Origin: Alphaproteobacteria bacterium
GTDB taxonomy: Bacteria; Pseudomonadota; Alphaproteobacteria; UBA828
Length of the DNA: 64,000 nt
Reading direction: 5' to 3'
NCBI GenBank assembly: GCA_963422645.2
Contig: CAXXVO010000007.1
Coordinates: 1 to 64,000, forward strand
In this document: one piece after another, positions 33,552 to 42,201 of the stretch
How positions within the stretch are numbered: position 1 is the first letter of the stretch
Layout of the letters: every line of letters starts with the position of its first letter
Translations under genes and position numbers: made by a program
The notes under the pieces: model-generated
The model's database searches: none
What the model saw: the letters and a program-made list of their open reading frames with translations, nothing else
What the model was told of the DNA's origin: nothing

Positions 33552-33585
33552 GGGGCGGCCCAGTAGGGTCGCCCCTTTCCTTTCC
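33551..33585 (+). terminator. Rho-independent terminator after the tRNA
   Basis: AGGGGCGGCCC-AGTA-GGGTCGCCCCT hairpin followed by TTCCTTTCC. Confidence 0.8.
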
Positions 33586-33632
33586 ACCCGCATCTTGAGC
33601 CGAGAGGATCACCGGGTCAAGAAGAAATTGGC

Positions 33633-35520
33633 GTAACTGCCCAGGTTCTTGCTGTGAAAATTCTCTGGGATTCGGCACAACGCTACCCACGCGACGCCCG
33701 TGTGCTCCTCTGGGGTCGCCGGGTTTCACAGCTCACGATGCCCCTCTTGCGGACTGCGACCGGTAAGCTACCCCGATGTGGCCCGAAGTCCGCCCGCGCG
33801 ACGGGCACCGATTTTCATTCTATGGGGTGGTCCAGCACGGCGTCGACCATGATCGTTTATGAGAATGGCTCCGCTGTTGGAGAACCCGTGCCAGGTGAGC
33901 TTACGCGCACTTGACGGTGGCGATGAGCCGATCCGATGGGCTGGTCAGGGCTTCGATGATATTCCAGCCCTGCTTTCTGGCGGTGGTGATGACGCTGCGC
34001 AGGATGGCGAAGTTCTCGGCCCCCTGCGCGGACCGGAAGCCCCCGGAGATCTTCTGGCGCAGCTTCATCATCCGAAGGTCGCGCTCGGCCTCGTTGTTCG
34101 TGAACCCGACCTCGAGGTCGATCAGGAACCGGAGCACCGCGCATTTGTGGTCGCGCAGCCTCAAGGCCAGATTGTGACCGATCCTTCGCTTCCGGCGCTT
34201 CTTCCTCTTGCCAGGCGAGAACGGTGGTTGGCTCTCGTGAAAGGCCAGCGCATCGGCGATGATCTCGTCGTATCGGCGCTCGATCAGCGCCACAAGCCTC
34301 GCCGGAACGGCGATATCCTTGTCCAGCGCGATGCGGGCGGCGCGATTGGCTCGGCGCAGGAGCTGCTGCATCCGCCGGGCCCAAGCCTCCCCTTCGATGT
34401 CCACCAGCGCCTGCAACTCCCGCAGGTGATGGGCGTTGCACAGGCCGTGCTCCACCCCTTCCATCGCGAAGTACGGCTTCCAGTGATCGTGCACGACGAT
34501 GCCGGAGACACCCGAGAGCAGGGCGCCGCGCTTGCCGCTGACCCGGTACGCCGCCAGCAGCGGCGTGCAGATCACATGAAGCCACTGCGTCTGACCGCCG
34601 ATCCGCAAGCCGGTCTCGTCCATGTGTTTCACCCGCGCCGTGCCCGCCGCCAGGTCCTGTATGTGCAAGGCCGCGTCCCGCAGCCGCTCGGCCGCCCTCT
34701 CGCTCATCGTCGCCAACGTCGCAGCCGTCACCGGCGCGCCGAAGAGCTCGGCCATCACCTGCGACAGCCGATCCTCCGGCAGGAAGTGAGCGTGCTGAAG
34801 GTAGACCGCCACCCCGGCAATGCGCGGGCCGTACTGCACCGGCGCCGACACCCCGTCGGGGAACGCCGCCCGGGTCACCGTCCCGCAATGCCCGCAGCAC
34901 TTGGCATGCGCCCGGTGCTCGGTCACCTCCAGGGGGCTCGGCTCGGGCAGATCGAACACCTGGCGGGCGACGGGCGTTCCCGCCCTGGCCGCGTCCGAAA
35001 GCGGCGAACCGCATCCCTTGCAGGAAGCCGGGACGTGATCCTTCACCCGATCCGGGTGATCGGCGCGGCGCAGCGTCTTGCCCTTGTGGCCGGGCTGGCC
35101 ACCGGGCTTGCGGCCCGATTTGCCGCGCAGGCTTCGGGTTCGCCGCTTCGAATTCGGCTTCCTCAGCCCATCGCTCGAAGGCGGCTTGACGCTGTTGCCG
35201 CTGTTGAGGCCGAGACGGCGCTCCAACTCCTCGATGCGCTCGACGAGACGCGCGACTTGCTCTTCCAGCCGCGCGTTCTGCTGCCGAAGCCAGGCATTTT
35301 CCTCCCGAAGCCGGGCGTTCTCCTCCTCCAGGCGGGCGATCTTCTGCGCGGGCGTTTCGGGCGCTGCTCCCGTCGAAGGGCCGCGCGGCGACTCGGGATT
35401 GCTCATGTCGTTGTTGAGTCATTTCCCGAAATTCCCGTCAAGCCCTTTCCACCAACTCCGAACGAGAAACGCCTCAATCCACTGGCCCAAAATGACAAAT
35501 CAGACGACCTGGGCAGTTAC
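33633..35520 (-). mobile_element. IS66 element A, copy 4 (transposase 33901-35406) with a perfect 8-bp target duplication
   Basis: AAATTGGC at 33625-33632 and 35521-35528. Confidence 0.97.
33901..35406 (-). CDS. IS66 family transposase, copy A4
   Basis: 501 aa, same protein as A3. Confidence 0.95.
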   Translation of the reverse strand: MSNPESPRGPSTGAAPETPAQKIARLEEENARLREENAWLRQQNARLEEQVARLVERIEELERRLGLNSGNSVKPPSSDGLRKPNSKRRTRSLRGKSGRKPGGQPGHKGKTLRRADHPDRVKDHVPASCKGCGSPLSDAARAGTPVARQVFDLPEPSPLEVTEHRAHAKCCGHCGTVTRAAFPDGVSAPVQYGPRIAGVAVYLQHAHFLPEDRLSQVMAELFGAPVTAATLATMSERAAERLRDAALHIQDLAAGTARVKHMDETGLRIGGQTQWLHVICTPLLAAYRVSGKRGALLSGVSGIVVHDHWKPYFAMEGVEHGLCNAHHLRELQALVDIEGEAWARRMQQLLRRANRAARIALDKDIAVPARLVALIERRYDEIIADALAFHESQPPFSPGKRKKRRKRRIGHNLALRLRDHKCAVLRFLIDLEVGFTNNEAERDLRMMKLRQKISGGFRSAQGAENFAILRSVITTARKQGWNIIEALTSPSDRLIATVKCA

Positions 35521-35524
35521 AAAT

Positions 35525-35566
35525 TGGCTCTCAATTGGATTCCAAATGGATTCCAATTGAGAGCCA
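35525..35566. promoter_or_regulatory. 42-bp imperfect palindrome, probable operator
   Basis: TGGCTCTCAATTGGA-TTCCAAATGGAT-TCCAATTGAGAGCCA, with TGGATTCCAA twice; 24 nt upstream of an RHH-like gene. Confidence 0.65.
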
Positions 35567-35590
35567 CGTGCTGTACCGTGCATCTCTGCC

Positions 35591-35779
35591 ATGGCCGAAA
35601 ACAAGCCGATCCATGTCCGAATTTCGCAGATCATGCATGAGTACCTGCAGGACTTGACTGATACTGGGGCTTACGGAGCTAACCCCACGGACGTAGCTCG
35701 GACACTGATCGAAGAAGGAGTGAGAAGGGCTCTGGCGGAGAAGATTATCGAAGTTCGGCGCGGCACCAAGTCGGGTTAG
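35591..35779 (+). CDS. Small ribbon-helix-helix (CopG/Arc-like) protein
   Basis: 62 aa; alternating strand KPIHVRIS, helix, GAYG-NPTDVARTLIEEGV helix; lower GC than the flanks. Confidence 0.65.
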   Translation: MAENKPIHVRISQIMHEYLQDLTDTGAYGANPTDVARTLIEEGVRRALAEKIIEVRRGTKSG

Positions 35780-35796
35780 CACACCAGCGCAAGCGT

Positions 35797-35889
35797 CCGG
35801 CGCTTCGCCGAATGGCTGCTCTCGCCCGCAGGCCAGGCGGCGATCGACGGCTTCACCATCGATGGCGAGCGCCTCTTCATCCCCAACGC
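35797..35889 (+). repeat. 93-bp direct repeat, right copy (displaced tupA 3' end; attR-like)
   Basis: Encodes RRFAEWLLSPAGQAAIDGFTIDGERLFIPNA; 4 mismatches to tupA. Confidence 0.9.
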
Positions 35890-35968
35890 AAACTGGACAC
35901 GGGGCGGTCGGTCCGGATAAGTCCGGCATAGTCCGGGTTCTTCCGGCCATCCGCGCGGAGGCCAGCTC

Positions 35969-37285
35969 ATGGCGGTCAAGATTCTACCCAAGGAGGACGC
36001 CACCAACGGCTGGAGCCGCATCCTGCCCCCACGCGAGCCCACGCCTGCGCTCAAGGGTGACGTGCGCGCCGACTGGCTGGTGGTGGGCGCGGGCTTCGCC
36101 GGCCTGGCGGCGGCACGCAGGCTCGCCGAGAACCGCCCCGACGATCACATCGTCCTGCTCGACGCCCACGAGGTGGGCGAGGGCGCCTCAGGCCGCAACT
36201 CGGGCTTCGCCATCGACCTGCCGCACAATGTCGGCGGCGAGTTCGAGGAGCTTTCGGGGGCGCACGACTACATCCGCCTCAGCCGGGCGGCGATCGACTA
36301 TCTGGATGCGTGCGTGGCGCAGAACGGGATCGAGTGCGCCTACACCCATCGCGGCAAGTACCACGCCGCCCGCACGGAGCTCGGGCGCGAGAAGATCCTG
36401 GAGCCCTTCGCGCGCGCGCTCGACGAACTCGACGAGCCCTATCGCTGGGTCGACGCCGCCGGTCTCAAGCGGGAGCTCGGCACGTCCTATCACACATCGG
36501 CGCTCTACACGGCGGGCTTGCGGCTCATGAACCCGGCGGGCCTCACCAAGGGCCTCGCCGACACGCTGCCCGGAAACGTGACGCTGCACGAGCACACACC
36601 GGTGATGGAGGTGGAGGAGCGGAACGGCATTCGCGCGACCACCCCGGGCGGCACCGTCGACGCCCAGGCCATGGTGCTCGCAGTCAACGGCTTTGCGCCG
36701 CAGTTCTCGGTCTTCAAGGGCTCCTTGCTCAACTTCGCGGCCCACGGCAGCCTGACCCGGCCGCTCACCGAGGCCGAGCACCAGGCGCTCGGCGGCGTCG
36801 ATGACTGGGGCCTCACCCCGGCCAACTCCCACATCAGCGTCACCATGCGCTACACCACCGAGCGGCGCATCCTGATCCGCCAACGCTTCTTTTATGCGCC
36901 GAGGCTCCGGCGCTCGGACGCCGAAATGGAGACGATCCGACGGGACCATCAGCGGGCTTTCGAAGCGCGCTTCCCGATGCTGCCGGAGGTCAAGATCGAG
37001 CACACCTGGCGCGGCTATGTCTGCCTCTCGCGCAACCATGCGCCGGGCTTCGGCAAGGTGGGCCCCCACACCTTCGCCGCCGTGTGCCAGAACGGGGTGG
37101 GCGTCACCAAGGGCACCATCTCGGGCGTGCTGGCGGCGGACATGGCCACCGGCCAGGACAACCCGCTCATCGCCGACTTGGAGGCACAGGGGAAACCGGA
37201 CCCGTTGCCGCCGGCCCCCATCACGTACCTGGGCGTGCGCGCCCGCCTCGCCCTCGACGATATCCGCTGGCGGCGCGAGCGTTAG
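35969..37285 (+). CDS. FAD-dependent oxidoreductase (DAO/DadA family)
   Basis: VVGAGFAGLAAA, GASGRNSGF. Confidence 0.88.
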   Translation: MAVKILPKEDATNGWSRILPPREPTPALKGDVRADWLVVGAGFAGLAAARRLAENRPDDHIVLLDAHEVGEGASGRNSGFAIDLPHNVGGEFEELSGAHDYIRLSRAAIDYLDACVAQNGIECAYTHRGKYHAARTELGREKILEPFARALDELDEPYRWVDAAGLKRELGTSYHTSALYTAGLRLMNPAGLTKGLADTLPGNVTLHEHTPVMEVEERNGIRATTPGGTVDAQAMVLAVNGFAPQFSVFKGSLLNFAAHGSLTRPLTEAEHQALGGVDDWGLTPANSHISVTMRYTTERRILIRQRFFYAPRLRRSDAEMETIRRDHQRAFEARFPMLPEVKIEHTWRGYVCLSRNHAPGFGKVGPHTFAAVCQNGVGVTKGTISGVLAADMATGQDNPLIADLEAQGKPDPLPPAPITYLGVRARLALDDIRWRRER

Positions 37286-38130
37286 TCCAACTCGTCGCGC
37301 AGGTCGCGCAAGGAATTGCCGGCCACATGGGCCGGCACGGTCGAGGCTCGCACCAGGGCGTCGAAGTGGCGTGAGAGCACGCGAATATGCGCGATCGTGT
37401 TGAAGGCGAAAAACATCTGGCCGACATAGACCACCGCCCGCTGCGGCCCGAACACGGTGTAGGGCACGGAGAAATGGGTAAGGCCGTCGAAGAAGAACAC
37501 GCGGAGCGTGGGGTAGAGTTCGTCGATCAACGCGATCATGTGATCGAGCTGCTCGCGCCTGGCCGCTAACGAAAGGTCGCGCCAGATGCCCTCGGCACGG
37601 GCAAAGGACTCCATGGACTGACGCGACACACAGATTTCGATATCCGTCTCCGGCAGCCGCACATAGGCGAGGCGGCCGTGGGAAATCGCGATCGCCCGGT
37701 CGGGCGATCTGGCGGCGAAGTCGCGATATTCGTAATCCAACACCGCCTCGGTCTTGAGCATGTCCGGGAGCGTGGTCGGCACATGGCGGATCTTGTAGCC
37801 GACCGCCTCGGCGTACCAGGCGGCGAGGCTTTCATCCGCGGGCTCGTCCGCGCTCGCCTTCACTTCAACCGATTCTTCCAGGATATCGGCGCCGAGCTTC
37901 GCCTGCTGGCTGAGGCCGAGCAGCCAATCGAGGCTCACGTGAAGAGCTGCCGCGATCGCTGCGGCGGTGTCGGCGCGCGGCAGGCGGTCGGCCTCGGCCG
38001 ATAGAAGCTGCGACAGCGTGGAGCGGTCGATGCCGATGCGCGCGGCGAGGGCGGACCGGTTGACCTGCCCCCTCTCCATGGCCTCGCGCAGCCGCTCGCG
38101 GAAGCGTTGCGCCGTGTCACGCCGATCCAT
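37282..38130 (-). CDS. XRE-family HTH transcriptional regulator
   Basis: NRSALAARIGIDRSTLSQLL...VSLDWLLGL; divergent from the desaturase. Confidence 0.85.
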   Translation of the reverse strand: MDRRDTAQRFRERLREAMERGQVNRSALAARIGIDRSTLSQLLSAEADRLPRADTAAAIAAALHVSLDWLLGLSQQAKLGADILEESVEVKASADEPADESLAAWYAEAVGYKIRHVPTTLPDMLKTEAVLDYEYRDFAARSPDRAIAISHGRLAYVRLPETDIEICVSRQSMESFARAEGIWRDLSLAARREQLDHMIALIDELYPTLRVFFFDGLTHFSVPYTVFGPQRAVVYVGQMFFAFNTIAHIRVLSRHFDALVRASTVPAHVAGNSLRDLRDELD

Positions 38131-38232
38131 GCGCCAATTCTCCTGTTTGAGCGCTACATCATCTCTTGGTGATAAATATCACAATAGTCGCGAATTTTGC
38201 GCGCAGTATGACAATCCAAGCGAATTCCCACG

Positions 38233-39240
38233 TTGTTTCACCGCGCGACGGGCCACAGAGTGGACCGTCGCCGTCGCCACAGCCGGGTCATCGTGCACAG
38301 TAACCCCGACAATTCCCTCGCTCGAGCGGACCTCCCTGCCCTCTGGCGCTGGATCGAGGGGCCGACCTGGCTCGTGGCGGCGGCGGTCTACGGCGGCTGG
38401 CTGGCGCTCACTTGGTACCATCATGCGCTGCCCTGGTGGCTGGTCCTGCCGCTCGGCGGCTGGCTGGTCGGCTGGCACGGCAGCCTGCAGCACGAGATCA
38501 TCCACGGCCATCCCACGCGCCGGCCCTGGGTCAACACCGCGCTCGCCATGGCGCCGGTCGCGCTCTGGCTACCCTATCCCCTCTACCGCAGCCGCCACCT
38601 CAGCCATCACGCCACGCCGCACCTCACGGAACCGCCTGCCGATACCGAAAGCTTCTACGTGGAGCCCGAGCGCTGGCGTCGGCTGGGGCCGGTTCATCGG
38701 GCGCTGCTCCGGGTCCACAACACTCTGGCCGGCCGGCTGCTGCTGGGACCTGCGCTCGCAATGCTCGCGTTCTGGCGGGAGGAAGGCGCGCGGCTGATGC
38801 GGGGCGAGTCGGGATGTGTTCAAATCTGGGCCACGCATGCGGTGTTGACTGCGCTGGTGCTGGTCTGGGTGCTGGTCGTCTGCGGCATCCCGCTCTGGGC
38901 CTACGTGATGCTCTACGTCTATCCGGGCACCGCACTGATCCTGCTGCGCTCCTACACCGAGCATCGGCCGGCGACGAACCAAGCAAAGCGCACGGTGATC
39001 GTGGAAGCCGGGCCACTGATGAGGCTGCTCTTCCTCAGCAACAATTTTCACGCGCTCCACCACGAGCGCCCCGGCATCGCCTGGTACGACCTGCCCCATG
39101 TCTACCGCGAGGAGCGGCAGCGGTTGCTTGCCGACAACGGCAGCTTCCTGTTCACCGGCTACGGCGATATCGTGCGGCGGTTCTTGTGGCGGGTGAAGGA
39201 TTCGCCACTCCACCCCGGCCCGGCCGGCCAGAACCAATAG
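38233..39240 (+). CDS. Fatty acid desaturase-like membrane di-iron enzyme
   Basis: His boxes HEIIHGH, HLSHH, HALHH; start uncertain. Confidence 0.85.
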   Translation: MFHRATGHRVDRRRRHSRVIVHSNPDNSLARADLPALWRWIEGPTWLVAAAVYGGWLALTWYHHALPWWLVLPLGGWLVGWHGSLQHEIIHGHPTRRPWVNTALAMAPVALWLPYPLYRSRHLSHHATPHLTEPPADTESFYVEPERWRRLGPVHRALLRVHNTLAGRLLLGPALAMLAFWREEGARLMRGESGCVQIWATHAVLTALVLVWVLVVCGIPLWAYVMLYVYPGTALILLRSYTEHRPATNQAKRTVIVEAGPLMRLLFLSNNFHALHHERPGIAWYDLPHVYREERQRLLADNGSFLFTGYGDIVRRFLWRVKDSPLHPGPAGQNQ

Positions 39241-39740
39241 GGAGCGTTATCCATGACTGACGCCGCAGTATCCAGCGGACCGGATCTTCTCGAGCGGCTG
39301 GCGGCAGGGCCTGTCATCTGCGCCGAGGGCTATCTGTTCGAGATCGAGCGCCGCGGCTATCTCTCCGCAGGCGCCTACGTGCCGGAGGCGGTTCTCGACC
39401 ACCCGGAGGTCGTGGCCCAATTGCACCGCGATTTTCTGCACGCGGGCTCCGACGTCATGCTGGCCTTCACCTACTACGCCCATCGCGAGAAGCTGCGGGT
39501 GATCGGCAGGGAGGACACGCTCGAGGAGATGAACCGCACGGCGCTCCGCCTGGCGCGGGAGGCGGCGCAGGGGAGCGACGCGCTGGTCGCCGGCAATGTG
39601 TCCAACTCCAGCATTTACGTAACTGCCCAGGTCGTCTGATTTGTCGTAACTACCCAGGTACCCCGCCGCCAGTTCTGAGTGCGTGCTGATGTTGCTTGCC
39701 GTCGGTGCCGTTTCGCCGTCGGCGCGTCGTTGATCCCCGC

Positions 39741-39769
39741 TTGACTGTATAGGTTCTCTCGCCTATGGG
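39741..39769 (+). promoter_or_regulatory. Putative sigma70 promoter of the MTase-transposase operon (TTGACT-N17-TATGGG)
   Basis: Conserved with the B1 promoter. Confidence 0.6.
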
Positions 39770-39797
39770 TTGCACTCTCGCATGAGAGGAGCAGCCG

Positions 39798-40466
39798 GTG
39801 GGGTATTTCGGGTCGAAGGCGACGACCGGTCTGAGCCAGGCGCTGATTGCGCTGATGCCGCCGCACTCTGTCTATATCGAGAGCCATCTTGGGGGCGGGG
39901 CGCTGATGAAGCGCAAGCCTGCGGCCATGCGCTCGATCGGGATCGACCGCGACGAGCGGGCGCTTGAGGCCTTTGGCTGCGACTACCCGGTGGAGTTGGT
40001 GCCCGGCTGCGCCCATTCCTTCCTGGCCTCGTTCCCGTTTCTGGGCCCGGAGCTGGTCTACAGCGATCCGCCCTATCTGCACGCGACCCGGCGTTCGTCG
40101 CAGCGCTACCGCTTCGAGTACGAGGAGGCCGACCACGTCGCGCTCCTCGAACTGCTCAAGGGTCTGCCCTGCCAGGTGATGGTCTCGGGCCACCCGTCTG
40201 CGCTCTATGACGAGCTGCTGGCGGGCTGGCGCCGGCTGGCGCTGCAGGTGACGACCCAGGCCCAGGTGCGGACCGAGGTCGTGTGGTTCAACTTCGCGCC
40301 TGACCGGGTGCACTGGGCGAGCTTCGCCGGCCGGAACTTCACCGAGCGCCAGTGCATCAAGCGCAAGGCGGCCAACTGGGGCCGGCGCTACGAGGCCATG
40401 CCGGCGGGCGAACGCCTGGCGGTGCTGGCCGCGATCATGGCCGTCGAGGCCGACGAGGGTTCGTGA
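39798..40466 (+). CDS. Dam-like N6-adenine DNA methyltransferase, IS passenger
   Basis: YFGSK, ESHLGGG, DPPY; GTGA overlap with the transposase. Confidence 0.88.
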   Translation: MGYFGSKATTGLSQALIALMPPHSVYIESHLGGGALMKRKPAAMRSIGIDRDERALEAFGCDYPVELVPGCAHSFLASFPFLGPELVYSDPPYLHATRRSSQRYRFEYEEADHVALLELLKGLPCQVMVSGHPSALYDELLAGWRRLALQVTTQAQVRTEVVWFNFAPDRVHWASFAGRNFTERQCIKRKAANWGRRYEAMPAGERLAVLAAIMAVEADEGS

Positions 40467-42004
40467 CAGTGTCGCGCTGGCACGAGGACCTCGCTGCCCA
40501 CGACGAGGCCTTCGCGTGCCTGCAGGACCTTTTCACCCCACAATCCTTCGCAATGACCGCCGTCAAAGCCATTCGGGAATGGGGCCAGAGGTTGCTGCGC
40601 CTGAGCGCGGCCCTGGTCAAGGAGAACGACGCGCTGGAGCGGGAGAACGCCCGCTTGCGCGAGCGGATCGCCGAACTCGAGCGCAGCGCCGCGCTCGACA
40701 GCACCACCAGCTCCAAGCCGCCGGCCAGCGACGGTCTGAAGAAGAAGAGCGGTGACCGGGAGAAGCGCACCCGGAGCCAGCGCGGCAAGTCCGACAGGCC
40801 CAGTGGCGGCCAGCCGGGCCACAAGGGAACTACCCTGGAGCGGACCGCGACGCCCGACCATGTCGTCGATCATGATCCGTCCGCCTGTGAGGGCTGCGGC
40901 GCGCCGCTGTCGGACGCTGACCGTCACGGAGCCCCCGTCTGCCGGCAGGTCTTCGATGTGCCCGAGCCGCAGCCCCTCGAGGTCACCGAACATCGCGGCC
41001 ATCGTTGCCTCTGCGCTGCCTGCGGCACCGTGACGACAGCCGTCTTCCCGAACGGCGTGAGCGCACCGGTCCAATACGGGCCGCGCATCACCGCGTGGGT
41101 GACCTACCTGCTGCACGCTCAGTTCATTCCCGAGAAGCGGGTCGCCGAGGTCATGAGCGACCTCTTCGCGGTCAAGCTCTCAACAGCCACCATCGTCGCC
41201 ATGGGAAGGCGCACCGCCCGGCGCTTCGAGGGCTTCCTCGATCGCCTCGCGGAGATCATCCGCACCGCAGCCCCAGTCAAACACCTCGACGAGACCGGCA
41301 TCCGCATCGCCGCCCGGACCCATTGGCTCCATGTGCTGTGCACCCCGTTGCTCACCATCCTGCGCGTCGCCACCGGGCGCAGCCACATCGACGAGAAGCT
41401 CAACGGCATCGTCATCCATGACGACTACGCCACCTACTTCGCTCTCGAGGGCGTGCGCCACGGGGCCTGCAACGCCCATCACCTGCGCGAGCTCCAAGCC
41501 CTCATCGAGATCGAGAAGGAAGACTGGGCAACGAGCACGCACCGGCTCCTCATCCGTGCCAACAGAGCCGCCCGCTTCGCCCACAAGAACGACCGCGACG
41601 TGCCCGCCTCACTGGTGGCCCGCATCTCGCGAGCCTGGGACCGCATCCTCGAACGTGCCATCGCCTCTCACGAAGAAATGCCACCGCTCCAGACCGGAAA
41701 GCGCGGACGACAAAAGCGCCGCATCGGTCACAACCTCGCCCTCCGACTCCAGAAGTACAAGGAGGGGTGCCTGCGCTTCCTCACCGATCCGCGAACCCCC
41801 TTCTCCAACAACGAGGCCGAGCGCGACCTCCGAATGGGCAAGCTGCGCCAGAAAATCTCAGGCGGCTTCCGCTCGATACAAGGCGCCCGCGACTTCGCAA
41901 ACCTGCGATCCGTCATCGCCACCGCTCGAAAACAGCGCTGGAATGTCCTCGAAACCCTGGCGCACCCCGATCCAATCCAGCTGATCCCCGTATTGCGCTT
42001 CTGA
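40463..42004 (+). CDS. IS66 family transposase of B2 (intact)
   Basis: KPPASDG, GGQPGHKG, HLDETG, HDDY, CNAHHLREL, SNNEAERDLR. Confidence 0.93.
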   Translation: MTVSRWHEDLAAHDEAFACLQDLFTPQSFAMTAVKAIREWGQRLLRLSAALVKENDALERENARLRERIAELERSAALDSTTSSKPPASDGLKKKSGDREKRTRSQRGKSDRPSGGQPGHKGTTLERTATPDHVVDHDPSACEGCGAPLSDADRHGAPVCRQVFDVPEPQPLEVTEHRGHRCLCAACGTVTTAVFPNGVSAPVQYGPRITAWVTYLLHAQFIPEKRVAEVMSDLFAVKLSTATIVAMGRRTARRFEGFLDRLAEIIRTAAPVKHLDETGIRIAARTHWLHVLCTPLLTILRVATGRSHIDEKLNGIVIHDDYATYFALEGVRHGACNAHHLRELQALIEIEKEDWATSTHRLLIRANRAARFAHKNDRDVPASLVARISRAWDRILERAIASHEEMPPLQTGKRGRQKRRIGHNLALRLQKYKEGCLRFLTDPRTPFSNNEAERDLRMGKLRQKISGGFRSIQGARDFANLRSVIATARKQRWNVLETLAHPDPIQLIPVLRF

Positions 42005-42201
42005 AATCCTGCGCTGCTCCGGGAAAGCGCCGCCTGACCCCTGGCTGGTCAGAACCATCAATCCATCACGTCCGAGTGCTCGGCAGAATCAGACCTGGGC
42101 AGTTACGATTTGTCATTTTGGGCCAGTGGATTGAGGCGTTTCTCGTTCGGAGTTGGTGGAAAGGGCTTGACGGGAATTTCGGGAAATGACTCAACAACGA
42201 C

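Larger units (their letters stand above)
39646..42106 (+). mobile_element. IS66-family element B2 carrying a DNA adenine methyltransferase; perfect 8-bp target duplication
   Basis: GTAACTACCCAGGT...ACCTGGGCAGTTAC; GATTTGTC at 39638-39645 and 42107-42114. Confidence 0.96.

Noticed and set aside
33520-35900. tRNA 3' end as the integration site of the islet
   Set aside because: I saw no duplicate of the tRNA 3' end; the duplicated sequence is the tupA 3' end.
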